Below, piece after piece: positions 37,734-50,898 of a DNA stretch of 64,000 bases. Made by a program: the position numbers and the translations under genes. The DNA is from Utricularia gibba (taxonomy: Eukaryota; Plantae; Magnoliophyta), in contig NEEC01000013.1 in NCBI GenBank assembly GCA_002189035.1, positions 1,302,001 to 1,366,000 of the forward strand, read 5' to 3'. The number at the start of each line of letters is the position of its first letter. Within the stretch, counting starts at the first letter, position 1. The notes beneath the pieces were generated by a model that saw only the letters and a list, made by a program, of their open reading frames with translations, was not told where the DNA came from and ran no database searches.

Positions 37734-38106
37734 AGAGAAGAACAGAGGCATGTTAGGAATTCTTGGATAAAGTAAATGGACGGAAAAACCAATGCGCGGT
37801 GGGATTTTGAGAGGGGTAAATGTGTCTTTATCAAATATATTTAAATAATAGAGTCGTAGAAGACGAAGGGATCGTCGTCACCTGATGCTTGGGGAGCATC
37901 GATGAAGGATCTTGATTCTCGATGGATGCCGCGAGGTGACGATCGTTGAATTAGTTGTTCATTTCTTGTAGCTCGAGGACGTTTTTTTTTTTAATCCGCG
38001 AGGGTAAGGAGCTTTGTGACGGAGATCGAATTGACGATGATGGTGATCGGGAACACTTGCGGTTGAAATTGGGAGCCATGAAAGCTGAATTTGATGACCT
38101 ATATCC

Positions 38107-39796
38107 ATGGACAATCTTCCAGCATCTCTGGTTCTAGAAATCCTCTCTCGGATTGAGGATTCCGCCGATCTCGTTCGATGTCGACTTGTCTCAAAAACCC
38201 TAAACTCGCTGCTGCCCGAAGTTCGATCCATCAATCTTCAGTGTTCGTATAGCCTTTACGCGAAATCTCGGTCGGCTTTAACCGCTGGTTTGATTACTCC
38301 TTTTAAGGAAGCTTTTAAGAAGCTGGTTTTTGAATTGAATGTCGTGGAGGCTATTTCCGTTGGCGTAGAGAAGCCACTCCGCTCTGTTTCGTACGATGAT
38401 GTGGAGGATGAGGATGATTTGTTTTTGAGCGATGTCAATTTTATCAGTCAGTGGCTGCACAAGGTTGCTGGGGATTTGAAGTCGCTCTCGATTTCGGATT
38501 TTTGGGTGCAGTCTTGCTGGAGGCGGTCTTGTGTTCTCTCCCTCGTTTCTACTTTCTGTGAGCCTCCTCTTTTTATTTCCTATTGCATGAATTCTTCGGA
38601 AATGCTTATAGTTTAGATGCCCTGCCTGAGCAGTATGTTCAAGTTCACATTTTTAGCTAAGAAAGTCATACGATGTAGCATCACATTTCTTAAAGATGCA
38701 CGTTTGTCTAAATGATGCACTTTATTAATGAAGATGGAAAGCCCGGTTTCAGTTTCCATTCTTCTTGTGTATTCATTCTGTTCTTACGTATTTTGAGATT
38801 TGGAGCATGTATTATTCGACTTGTTGATCTTGAAAGGTGCTGGCCCGTTTGGCTCTAGAAAACTAATTCGTTGCCTGTCATTTGCCCACTGCAGGTGTTA
38901 AACTCGTTGAATTGGATATAAAAAATGCATGGCTTTCTTTTGATGATGTAGTTCCTATGGCAAATCTCACTACATTGACCCTGGAATTCATAAGATTGGA
39001 TGATGAGAACTTGGAAAACTTGAATGAGTGCTTCCCGTGTCTCCAAGAGCTCAATTTAATAGGTGTTGGGGGGCTGAAAGACCCGAGGATCCATCTAATG
39101 CACTTAAAAACCTGCCATTGGTTGGTCTCTAATGCTCCAAACTCAATATCAGTAACTGCACCCCGTCTGGTGAAGCTCACACTAACATGTGTGAAGCCAA
39201 ATTGTCTTTTGATTAGGACTCCGCTGCTATCCACTTTGAATCTTTCTCTTGACAGCGCTTGCAACTTCACAGCAGGAGAGTTCTCTCTTTTGAAAAATCT
39301 GCATCTTGAATCTACGAATCTTCGGAAAGTACTTGCAATATTGCCTTTTGGTGCAAGTGTCACAAACTTAACTGCTGTTTCATCAAGGTGGCATGCTTCA
39401 TTTGGTGTTCCCAAATCCGTTCTTGAGTTGCTGTTATCTGCCTTTCCAAACGTCAGCTCCCTTACACTGACTGCTGGCATTTGGTCTGAGATTGAATCGT
39501 ATTTCCCGCATGAATGCCTTGAAACGGGCACAGACATGAAGACATTGAAGGAGATAAGAGCATATTTAACCATCAATGAACTTGGCTCTACCCTGGCCAC
39601 CATTTACTTTCTACTGGATAACTGCAGCCAACTTCAAAGAATGACATTGCTCATTCACTCGGATGTGGTATCTAAAGTCACCTATGCTCTTGTTTCCGCT
39701 TGCAAGGCGCGCAGTGCTAAGGTGGTGTGGAAATGGGGAATATGGAAAGAGGGTGATGAAGATAGTTGGTTTTCGGATTCCAACATTCCCTCCTGA
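38107..39796 (+). CDS. F-box/LRR-repeat protein (At4g29420-like by recall), 2 exons
   Basis: F-box MDNLPASLVLEILSRIEDSADLVRCRLVSKTL, SISDFWVQSCWR, and in exon 2 (38895-39796) NAWLS..LTLEFIRLDDENL..CFPCLQELNLIGVGGLKDPRI. Frame intact. Confidence 0.92.
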
Positions 39797-41091
39797 AATG
39801 ATCGTCTGAGCTTCAATGATTCCACGTTGGTAAACTGCCACCACCCTGTATTGATTCAGCATCATCTATCACTCTGTCTGTGAGCTTCATTCTGTTGTGG
39901 ATGTTGGGAATGCAAAGGATAAAGTAAGATACATGGCGTATAGGTAGGCGTCTCGTATGTTGTGACACTATTTTTTGCTGCAGCTATTCATCTGATGCAG
40001 TGAATGAATGATTCTTCATCGCATGCGTTGTTGATGGTGATGTATCAACTTGTTCTTCTAGTTTGGTTTATATAAATTTGGATTAAATGAATGACACGAT
40101 AAGAGGTAATTTGCTATTGAGTTTCGTACCAAATATGGAAGTAATACTGGGGTTTGAAATGCCAAAATTATTCCAGCATTTCGGTATCCTGAATTTAAAA
40201 CAGAAATAAGTAAAGATCTTCTAATATTAAATAAAATAAAAATTATTGTTCAAATGTATTCGATGTAATTGCATTGGTATATGTGTGTTTTTGTATTATA
40301 TACACCAGGGATCCATTGTCTCTCTGAACGATCTTTATCCTCGCCTTCTTACTTACCCGTTCTTTTATTTTCAATGAGCTTTTGAACTTGAGTAGAAGTA
40401 TGTATATTGAAGGTGGGGTTTTATCCTCTTTTGTTTATGCGTTTTCATCCCTGATCGTTGTTTTTCTTTTCGGCGTCTTGGAAGCTGATAATACCTTTTA
40501 TTCAAATATATCATCAGTGTTGCAAGCTCGCAGCACAATATTTATTGTACATCAGCAGCAGAGACCTTCTTACTTGAGGAAAACAAATCAAGGATGAAGA
40601 ATTGTCTGGCCTTGGAAACCCATCCAAGAATGGGTTTGCTTTAACTGTCCAAAATGTTTGAATTCACGATCGAATGAACCTTTTTATGGTTTCTGATTAT
40701 TTTAAATGATACTCACTGTGTCTTTTAGTATCACATTTCTTTTACACATTTCGACCATGTGTCATTCGATTTTCGTAAACCTATGAATCAAGCTATGTTT
40801 TTTTTCAATAGCTGCATGCGTGCCATGTAAAAAATAGGTGAAAGATTGAACTGCAGAGGAATATTGGCATAGCTTCTTCTTACTCATGTTGAATGTGTGA
40901 TTATGACCACATATTCATACCTTTGACATGCGTTGAAGAGCAAGAGCATGATCCTGCTGGCGATCTGCAGGTGAACTTTGTTGAGCTAACATGAAAAAAC
41001 AAGTCAAGTCAAACTAGTTGTTGAGCTACACTCCCGGCCCCAGAACTTCATCCTTATTCATTGCAGACCTTTCAGTTTTTTCAACTCAGTG

Positions 41092-41737
41092 ATGAAGTCC
41101 TTATACCTCATTGCTGTGGTATTCATATTACTGGCTTTTCAGGCAGGGGCGCAGACAAGCACGCCCTGCTCCAGTAACCTCATAAGCATCTTGGCACCCT
41201 GCATGAGCTCGGTAACCCGCGGTGGCGGCTCCTCCCCGACCCAAGAGTGCTGCCAGTCTCTGCACTCTCTAGTGGATGAGAACCTGAACTGCGCCTGCCT
41301 CCTAGTAACTGGAAATGTTCCTCTTTCCATCCCCTCCATTAGCAACAGTCTGGCGGTTTCTCTGCCAAAAGCATGCGGCAGCTCCGTTCCACTGCAATGC
41401 AAAGGTGCGAGATAAGGTACTTGTTTTTTCCGAGATGTTGGTTCTCTATGAATCATCTTCCCTTCATTGCATCCTGTCTGCAGCTGCATCCGTTGTCTTG
41501 CCGCCAGGCGCTGCTGCCATTCCCTTGCCTTCTTCTCCACCCCCGGTTTCAGAGTCCAGTTCTGGCTCCAAGGGTACTACTCCTACCGAGTCGCCGGCAC
41601 CCGCATCTCATTCCGATGGAATTGCGAATCCCAGAATCGTACCGGTCGTAACCCCGGAATCCTCGTCTGCTCCTTGCACCGCCGTATCGGAAGGCGTTGT
41701 TGTTCTCCTAATCGGACTGATGGGTTTGGTCTTATGA
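41092..41737 (+). CDS. LTPG: GPI-anchored non-specific lipid-transfer protein (LTPG/xylogen-like)
   Basis: Signal peptide, 8-Cys motif (C..C..CC..CAC..C..C), Pro/Ser-rich linker and hydrophobic C-terminal GPI signal (GVVVLLIGLMGLVL*). Exons 41092-41404 and 41484-41737. Confidence 0.9.
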
Positions 41738-43750
41738 ATGAATTGGACACCTGTTTACGGTCATGGTTTTCCACTTCAAAATCTGCTTTTGAAATTCTCA
41801 GATGATTTTTGGGAGAATTTTATTTAAAATAAGCGCTTGCTTTAAAATATGCTTATGTTGAAATATATAACAAGTAAAAATATAAAAGTATATTTATTTA
41901 ACTTGAAATTAAAATTTATTGTAATGATATTTTTATCCCAAAAATATGAGTAAAAAATATTTAAATAAAAATAATCATTTACAGAAAAGTTATTTTAGAC
42001 ATTTTCACTTTCTTGGTAGTTATAACCAAACATATTTTATAATTTATTTAATATAATATGTATTATATTTTATCATATTACATTTTATTTTCTAACATAT
42101 CCAACAGATCTTAAGTATTTAGTAGGAATGTTTTATCTTTAAATAAATAAATTTTAATTGATTTTCAACAATTTTCAATTTCAAAACCAAAAAAAATTGG
42201 TTTATTTTAAATTTCATAGATAATTGTAAAACATATTCCAAACTTTTTATATAATTAAATCTATCAATAACTAGATCTACTAAACATATTTTAAATATAG
42301 ATACACAAATTTTGCTTTATTCTCAGCCATATAATAACATTTAATATAGAGATTCATTCTCATTTTACTTAGAATTTTGCCTCCAATAGTTCTACAGGAA
42401 AGAAATGTGTGTTTTTTTGTTTAAAAAGTTTTTAATATATACATCAGAATCATCTAAATTAATGAAGAAGTTATAATTTATGAGTTATTAATGACTACCG
42501 ACCAAGGATGACATCATATTTAGTATTTTAAATAAGTGTATAAAATAGAATTTATTTCAATTTTATAGCTAAAGCTTCATATTTTAAAGGTTATCGAATT
42601 TAATATTTATTTATTTTTTTGCTGATTTTTTTTTTCATTAATAAACATGAAGGAAGCATTCGAAACTTAAAAAGGAAGGGTGGTGGTAATGGAATCAATG
42701 AAGGAAGGAGAGATGAGGAAGTAGGGCTACAGAAAAAGCAGGAGATGACAAAACCATCCCATCTCCCACCCCACTTTACTTGCCCCTTTATCCTTCCTCT
42801 TCTTCTTCTTCAGCATGAGTTTCATCACCACAAATACAAGCTTACGCTAACAAACCCTAAATCAGGTCCCCTTTTCACAGATTACCAAAAGGAAAAGACA
42901 GAAAGTTCTGTTGTCAGATTCGCTTTCCACAACTCAATTACACCTCTTTTTGCTGTAGCTAATCACATTTCAACACACCTTTGGTTCTCCATCTCTCTCA
43001 ACCTTTGTTCTTTTGTCCTAAGTAGCAACATCTCTTTGTTCCTTCTTTTCTTTTTCTCCTGTCCCAACTTTGCATCCTTTGGCCGCCCCTTGCTCTTTCC
43101 CAAGGTCTCACCATGTCCCAGTACGCCGGGTCGGGTTGGGTCGGGTTGGGCCCTGGACTGTGAGAGTGAAGATGATGCTTTGCTTTACTTGTGTGTGTGT
43201 GTCTGTGTGTTTCTGGCATGGTCAGCAATGATCACCCCCTGGGTAATTTGCTTCCTATCTACCTACTGTACATATAGAGATTGATAGATGTACATATTCT
43301 CTTTGTTGGTTTGTGCCTAAAAAACAAGCAAACAAAACCAGGGAAAAAAACATGTCACCTCTTGGAATCGAGAGAGAATTTTGAAAGGGATATGTCGGGA
43401 TTTGGTGCAGAGATTGATCCACACCATTCATCATTACCAGTTTGTGTCTATTTCTTACAGCAAATAATCAAAGGTTGAATCCCCTCCCGAGAAACCAAAA
43501 GGAAAATGATTAGTTCTTGGACAACAGTATATACTTGTATCTTTCTTTCATTATGGCAAATGGGAATGAATGGTCGTCTTTCTTTTGTATTTATTTTTAA
43601 CTCTCCCGGGGCTTTAAATAGGGTTTGGTTTGCTGGTGAAAACGGTTTTAAATACTCTTCATATGCTCCAAGGATTCATTCCCGGACAAACAGCAGTAAA
43701 GAGAAAAAAAAAGTGTGTCGTTTCTCTAGTAATTTGTTTTTTCTCTACCA

Positions 43751-45501
43751 ATGGAGTTGGATTCTTGTTCCTCAGTCATGTTCCCTGCAGTTATGCTTCC
43801 TCATATTCCTCAAGAAACCGCCGTTTCTTCCTCTGCTGCTCCGAGGCTTCAGCACTTCAATCCCCAGCCTCTGTCCCAATCCCCTTCTTCAGATCACAAG
43901 GCCAAGAAGAAGCGAAACCAACCCGGAAATCCAGGTTTGTGACTGTTACTCCCTGTTGATCTGGTGTAAGTAGATGTATCCTAATTGTGTGGTTGCTCAT
44001 CTCAGACCCGGAGGCTGAGGTGATCGCATTGTCTCCGAGGACCCTTCTCGCGACCAACCGATTCGTGTGTGAGGTATGCAACAAGGGTTTTCAGAGGGAC
44101 CAAAACTTGCAGCTCCACAGAAGGGGCCACAATCTTCCATGGAAGCTGAAGCAGAGAAGCAGCAAGGAGAACAAGAAGAGGGCGTACGTCTGCCCCGAGC
44201 CGACGTGCGTCCATCACCACCCTTCGCGGGCTCTGGGAGATCTAACGGGGATCAAGAAGCACTTCAGCAGAAAGCACGGGGAGAAGAAATGGAAATGCGA
44301 GAAATGCTCCAAGGTGTATGCAGTGCAGTCAGATTGGAAGGCGCATTCCAAGATTTGCGGCACTCGTGAGTATAGATGCGACTGTGGCACCCTCTTCACC
44401 AGGTATTATCAATCACTAGCCTTTTTTTTTCTGCAGATGATCTTCAAATCTGGGTCTTTTTTCATGGATCTAGGTTCAGAAACCACAACCATCAAGGATT
44501 TTTAGCATGATTTGATATTTTCCATCATCCTGATCACCTTTTTCCCAGTTTAAACCAAATCCAGTTTGGAAAACCTAATATTTTTTTCTCTTCTGTTGTT
44601 TATGAGGGGAATGCAAATGATACTGGGAAACCTTTTGTTGGGACAGGCAGGTCATTATTGCAAAAAGAAATGGCAGAGGCTCATTTATTTGTGTTTAAAT
44701 TCTGAGGTTGCAATCATCACAAGCTGATGAACTGTTTCAGCCATGTTGGGTAGTTGTCTCTGCAAACCCTACACACCATCCTCTCTTTGGACCACCACAT
44801 TCTCATCACACCCCTCTTCAAAGCTCATTTTTTTCAGACAATTTCTTTTTCTTATCAGTGAACATAATGTAGACCACACATTATTGAACTTTCCACATTT
44901 TTTATCTGGTTTTTGGTGTAGAATCCCATTTGTTTGGGTAATTTTGTAGTTTTTTTGTTGAAATTTTAAAGGGTTTTGCAGGAAGGATAGTTTCATCACC
45001 CACAGAGCATTCTGCGATGCACTGGCCGAGGAGAGCGCCAGGCTCTCCGCCGTCCTGCCGGAAAACACCAACTTCGTCCCCGGTGGCAGCCAGTCTATGC
45101 ATTTCAAACCGGCTGCAAGTCCTCTCATCCAGTGCTGGCCACCGACACTGACCCAAAACCTTCAAAACCAATTCCAAATCAAGCACGAGAACCTCTCATG
45201 GAATCTCCAGCCGGGTTCCCTCCATTTACCCGGCGTCCCTCCGCCCATTTCCGCGACCGCACTCCTCCAGAAGGCGGCCACTGTGGGCCCCGCTGCAGCC
45301 CATCTGAGCTCCGCAGCGGCTAACCTACACATGCATGCGTGGAACATCAGCAATGGATTCACTCGGGACTTTCTCGGGCTGGCAGTGGAACAGTACCCCG
45401 GACGCCGTACCGACAATGAAGCCGTGAGGGAGTTCCTGCCCTTCAACGGCGGCGTAAACGCATACGGCGCAAACTGCACCGAAACATGGAGAAACTGCTA
45501 G
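43751..45501 (+). CDS. IDD: INDETERMINATE DOMAIN C2H2 zinc-finger transcription factor
   Basis: KKKRNQPGNPDPEAEVIALSP, FVCEVCNKGFQRDQNLQLHRRGHNLPWKL, SFITHRAFCDAL, ISATALLQKAA and TRDFLG motifs. Exons 43751-43934, 44006-44402 and 44982-45501. The start Met could be a few codons later. Confidence 0.95.
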
Positions 45502-45802
45502 AGAGAAACCTGTGTGTTCAATTCAATGTTTTTTTTTTCTATTTTTCTTCCATTGTAAACCATGGAGCAATCCCCATCTCCCTTCGAGTGTTCCTTCATT
45601 CACAATTACAGAATAAGCTCACACAAACCCTCAATTCAATCACTGGCTCCATTCAAATTTGGCCATTAAACTCTGCATGAACAGAATCAGAATACGTGGC
45701 ACATGTCTCTCATCCAAAATCAAAAAAAAAAAAAAAAAAAAAACCGTGGAGCCGACAAGCTGTAAAGAAACGCAAAGGAGTTGAATTAGGAATATGGTCC
45801 TT

Positions 45803-45903
45803 GGAGAAAGTGAAAAAGAGATGGAAGGGGTGGGGTGTGGGCTCCCGGAATATCCCTCTGCTTCTTTTCCAATTCCACCTCCACTTTCCTCTTCTTTTTT
45901 CCT
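45803..45903 (+). ncRNA. Candidate MIR482/2118-like imperfect hairpin
   Basis: The 3' arm contains TTTCCAATTCCACC (45866-45879), identical to the first 14 nt of tomato miR482a as I recall it. It can pair, with G:U pairs, with the G-rich 5' arm GGGGTGGGGTGTGGG (45827-45841). The pairing is low-complexity and was not computed. Confidence 0.3.
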
Positions 45904-46621
45904 ACAAGTCTTCCTCTTTGAGACTGGAATCTCATCGTCCACATGCACCCCTGCAACTTTTTCCCAAGTCATTTCATGAATAAGTTTGATTCTGCGCATT
46001 GCATCGCCTTTGTTTTTCTGTGAATCCCCATGCAGTTCTCTCTTTGCGTTGCTGTGTGGGCAAGGAATAAAGTGAGCAAAAGACGATGAATCTTCCCCAA
46101 TTCACTTTCATCTTTCAAGCAGCTGCCAACACGATGCACCTCGAGATTGAACTCTGACTTCCCGCTCTTCCTTGAGACCTACACGCCACTGGGCTATCCA
46201 CTCTCATACCCGATGCACTGAAAAGTAAGACATGAATACCTGAAATTGAAACTACTCACTCTACAAAATCCATCTGTCATAGCCTATGTTAAAAATCATG
46301 ACTGAACACACATCAACAATCAAATATATAAGAGATTATATATCATAATTAATTACTAAAAATTAGTTTTTTATAAAATAATATATATTTATTATGTATT
46401 TGAATTTCACATTTACTAGTTTGATCCATCAAATTTTTAATTTTAGGAGTTTGAATTAACGTTCAATTTGAATTATTTTAAAGTATAAAATAATTTGGTT
46501 ATTGGTGCTTGAATTGGATACATGGATGTGGGAGATGGTTACATCTTTAGGTTTGAATTGGCTTGATCCACCATCCCTTATCATTTCATTGGTGCTTGGG
46601 TTGGGGGATTAATAATCAAAT

Positions 46622-46855
46622 AAGTATATGTATATAATATTTGATATCCGAGAATAAAAATTTAAATATATAAGTGATGTACATATAACTATTTTCCTTC
46701 ACTTCTCCATTTGTATATACCGCACATATATTCAAAAAAATGAATATGTAAATGTATAACCATATAATATTAATATATGTATACTAATCAATCAAATAAC
46801 TGTATATTTATAAACTTAAATATATATCTTATATACTCTATTATCAAACAACCCA
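46622..46855. mobile_element. 5'-truncated MITE of the 28283-28567 family
   Basis: Right TIR TATTATCAAACAACCCA followed by TAA is the reverse complement of the left TIR of the 28283 copy. Shared internal blocks (AATAAAAATTTAA, TTCAAAAAA, ATCAAATA). Confidence 0.5.
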
Positions 46856-47283
46856 TAAACATCATTTGAATATTTGGTGGATGTTTTTGAGGATACTTTA
46901 TTTAATATAACTGTTTTTAAAGTTAATTTTAAACTATTCGTAATAAACTTAAGTCCCATTTATCAAAAACAACAAAAAATATATATATTGCATTACATAC
47001 CCTATACCTATTTATCGAATATACTTAAATACATTTATTAAACATATTTCAAATTTAAATTTTGTAACAAAATGATATTATAGCTGTTTACTACACAAAT
47101 TATGTTTACATAGAAAAAGTACTGTTCACAAAACTAGAAAAGGACAGTAAAAAAACATATATAAACACTTCTAATTGAAGACAAATTAATAATTAAGCAT
47201 ACAAAATATTTATGTCAAAAGGACAACATTTGATCCTCCAAAATCATCTCTTGTATGAAGTGCAAGTCGAAACAAGAAAAATA

Positions 47284-47705
47284 TCAACTGCACAACATCG
47301 AGCTTACTCGGGAACTATCTGCATCATACAAAGGAGGAAAACTTTACGTTCCTCTTAGGGACTTGCTTCGTAAGAGCCTTCGCATCAATCCCCATCTGAG
47401 AAACACGGCATTCAATGGAGCAAAATGCACAAAAGTCCCTGCACAAACCGGAAGCTTCTAATCGAGACAGAGAACTCGGCGCGATTTTCATTTTTCACCT
47501 TGAATTCGAGTAAGCGCACTTACCTATACATGAATACGGCTGATCTTGGTTCGATTCGCTTCTTGCAGTAATGGCAGCTCTCCAGAAACCGCGGTTGCGT
47601 CGTTCGATTCTCTTCAATCGTTGGCCGACTGATCGATAAAACGCTGGAATTCGATTCCTGCCTCGGCGGCGTTCCGTCGCGCGTACGCTTCGGCGGCATA
47701 TTCAA
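47284..47705 (-). CDS. FLZ: FCS-like zinc finger protein (FLZ/DUF581, SnRK1 interactor family)
   Basis: Exons 47705-47524 and 47438-47284 give FLESCHYCKKRIEPRSAVFMYRDFCAFCSIECR, which fits the CX2C-X17-19-FCSX2C signature. Confidence 0.88.
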
Positions 47706-47946
47706 ATAGCCGACGGTTCAATTAGGGCTGAGGGACTCGACCGTACAGTATATAGAGTGGGGGCGCGTATATATAAATATACGCCGCAGTGGGCCCTTCT
47801 TTAAGTACTGTTACAAGATTCAGGCGTTCAGTTTCGTACGGATTTACCATCGTTGACTTTTGAAGTCAACACCTTGACTCAAAAAAAAATTAAAAATTCT
47901 TTTTATTTAATGTAACGCACACCAAACAATTTAATCCACAAAAAAT

Positions 47947-49723
47947 CTACGATGTGGTGGGATGGGAACTCCTGCGGGCGTAGGTGAGTACCATGAGGAA
48001 CTCCGTAGCTGATTCACCGACTTTGGCCCGTACGGGGAAGTCAGCGGCCTTCAGCCGGCGCCAGAGCTCGATGAGTTGATCAAGCGGCGACGAGGGGTCG
48101 ATCGTCTCCCCCATGCACCGTATCTCCACCTGCGAAGCAGCCTATCAGCTCTGAACACATGCGATCTTGTTGAAAAAGAGGCGGCATTACCTCAGTTTCA
48201 TTGCTGAGATCAAGCTTCTTCCTGAGGTACGTCTGGATGAACGAAACCGGTATGCTGCTGTCTCTGCAAACATCCATGATCCGGGTTATGAATCAACAGG
48301 AAGCTATTATCATGAGTTGGGTGAAGAGGGGAGGAAAAGGGAGATGTTCAAGGAAGAGAAAGTGTGCTAACTTTATTCTCAAGAAGCTGGCTGAGATCTG
48401 GGGTAGAGGTAGTAAGTCCCCTTTGCTGAGAATAGAAACTGGGAAGTTAGAGTGGAAGTAACCTTCAAAGAATCTAAAGGGTTCGAATGGAAACCTTAAA
48501 TATAATCTGCTTACATTTCATCAGAAGCCACTAATGAGAACCAGATTGGGTGCTTTCTGGAGTCGTGATTTGGACTTGAACCAGGATTAAGGGTAACTGG
48601 AGTGGGTAGCATGAGCTCTTTAGAATCTGATGGCTCTTTAATAACTTTGCATGACTTTGTAGGCTTGTGGGGTTCAGTAGGAGCATTTTCCCTGAAACAA
48701 GTTTCATTTTTTGCCTTGAGTTCCTTCTGCTTCGTCTTGGTTTCAGTTTTTTTGGAAGCATCCTCGAAGCCATTCGACTTTGCAGCTTTGGATTTAGCAC
48801 CAGATCCTTGAGTCCACACCTTGGTGGACTTGCTCTTATTTATTGCTTCGAATAAACAAGACAAAGGTTGCAAGAGATCAGCAGCTCCTTCCAATTGGTC
48901 TGATCCGAAATCCCGCTGTTTATCCGACACAAGAACGTTGCACGCAGATGAATTCTGAAACAACAATGCTATTTATGTATAACACTGCAGCAGATGCATT
49001 GGCAGTAATAACTACTCAGACAGGTACCTGCTTCACATCTGCAGCATTTTTCCTCAACGAGGTGGTGCTATCAAGCTGGTTAACGGTGGAGAAATCAGTA
49101 AGCTTTGATGCCTTTCTCGCACCCGATTTCGACTGGTTTCCCGTATTTCCGGCATCGGTATACACCCTCGGAGTGCTGACTACCAGTGATGATAGAGATC
49201 TTTCCTTCCGCTTGGCAGGCAAGGAAACAACAGGAGTCACAGTTCCAGGTGCCTTCAGGACTACTCTTCTGTTCGGAAATAATATTGACCTCAAGTCTTG
49301 CAGATTATGATCATCCCTGTTCAAAAAAACTCAATTCAAACACCAAGACAGACGAAAATGCTCAGACCATCAGCAGTGAAATCAGTAGAACCGAACCTCA
49401 ACTTCTCCAATGGAACACATCCAAGACTGATGTTGCATACAGGACAACGATTCATCTCTTCATCTACAAGCTTTTTGAGTATGCATTTTCTGCAAACTAT
49501 TACCACACTCGACCATTAGATGCTTAATCCATACGGATCCAACCAAAAGAAACAAGCCACGAGAAGGGAAAAGTTACTACAAATCGCAGGAAATAAGGCC
49601 CTTACATGTATGAAGACATTCATTAATACTAGTAGCGTTACGGAATAGCTTGTGACAGAGAGGGCATGTCATGCATGGCCGCAATTTCTCCAGCTTCAAC
49701 TTCACCGCCTTATCCTCCATCAT
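47947..49723 (-). CDS. DRIP: DRIP/BMI1-like RING-finger E3 ligase (PRC1 component) with C-terminal RAWUL domain
   Basis: RING CMTCPLCHKLFRNATSINECLHTFCRKC...CPVC, DHNLQDL, LPAKRKERSLSSLVVSTPRV, PIWFSLVAS, PLPQISASFLRIKD, PVSFIQTYLRKKLDL and VEIRCMGE. Exons splice in frame. Confidence 0.93.
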
Positions 49724-50898
49724 GGCGTTCAATTCACCGAAATCAACCGATATCAGTCTCGCCCACGTGCCAAAAGTCTGGCTTTACGTCCAAATTCCTT
49801 CTCCAACTACTCTGCCCTCGTAGAAAGAAACCCACAAATCATCATCGCGAACTCATCTCTATCTCTACACCACCTCGAAGTGGTTATTAAAGGTAAAGAT
49901 TAAGGGAACCCAGTGATTGTGTCAGTGAAGAACCTGCGGATCGGAGGAGAAATCGCGAGGATGCGGTGTGGGTGACGGAGAACATGAACCGAATGCTTCA
50001 ACGCATGTCGCCCTGTAGATGATCTCTGCATTCGTGTCCCGGGTTCGGGTTCTCGAGTCAGTCAAGATATGGGCACGGCGAAAAGAACCCCCGCACCTTC
50101 TTATACTCAGCACGAACGGAAAACACTATCTTTCCTTTCCGAGTTTCCATCTTTTTTAAATCACTAGATGCTTGGCAATTGCTTTTAATTTTGAAAACAA
50201 GATAACAACTATACCATTAGATTGTTCATCAGATAAACGAAGATTCATACAAATCATTTGTAAGATATTAAAATTGCAAGATTTGATCTTGAAATTCATA
50301 CCGACTTTATCAGATAAATGTGGTCTTGGACAGCAGCAGAGACCCTTACCAAATAATGGATATCAAAGTGGACGCAGAAGCAAAAGATGTAAGGAGCACC
50401 ATCTTCAAAAAAAAACAAGAAATCACTACTTCTCCAGTCATATATTCAACGAAAGGTTCGATTTTTACGAGTAAGACACACCCTTCCCGGGTAGAAAGAT
50501 TTCACATTTTACCTGAACAAAGCAGGTATTGTAACAAAATGTGGTGGAAACATGACATGAATGAGGTGATTCCGATGAGTGTCCAGCTGCAGTTGAGAAA
50601 TTCAAGCTGTTTGAGCTAATTTGTGTGCCTGAAAGATTGATTGTAGTAATGCTATACACGCGCAACTGTAAAGACAAAACCACAAACGTTCACTTTCTCT
50701 TACTTCGAATGTAAGAAAGATTAGGAGGGTTTCATCACCCTTTCCAGCTTATTCTGTGTGCCCTGCACATGAAATGGATTAACCAGGAACGCGATGGTTC
50801 TACCCGCATATGCCTCTCTAAAGGAAACAGAGTGACTAAAGGGGTTTGATCCTCAGAGCTTCGACTGCTAATCTGCCATTAAATCACAAGAGCTAGAG

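Noticed and set aside
38878-39603. Long antisense ORFs (also 48843..49310, 62500..63006, 52880..53170)
   Set aside because: They are shadows of real genes on the opposite strand and show no independent motifs.
42619-43284. 221-aa ORF upstream of IDD
   Set aside because: Translation of a CT-rich promoter/leader with a (GT)n tract; low complexity and no domain.
45722-45743. A22 tract as a SINE/retrocopy tail
   Set aside because: No pol III A/B boxes or target-site duplication visible.
644-45855. Isolated GNATATNC matches (about 644, 5766, 16719, 45848)
   Set aside because: Single hits at about the chance frequency (roughly one per 3 kb), mostly in CDS or 3' regions.
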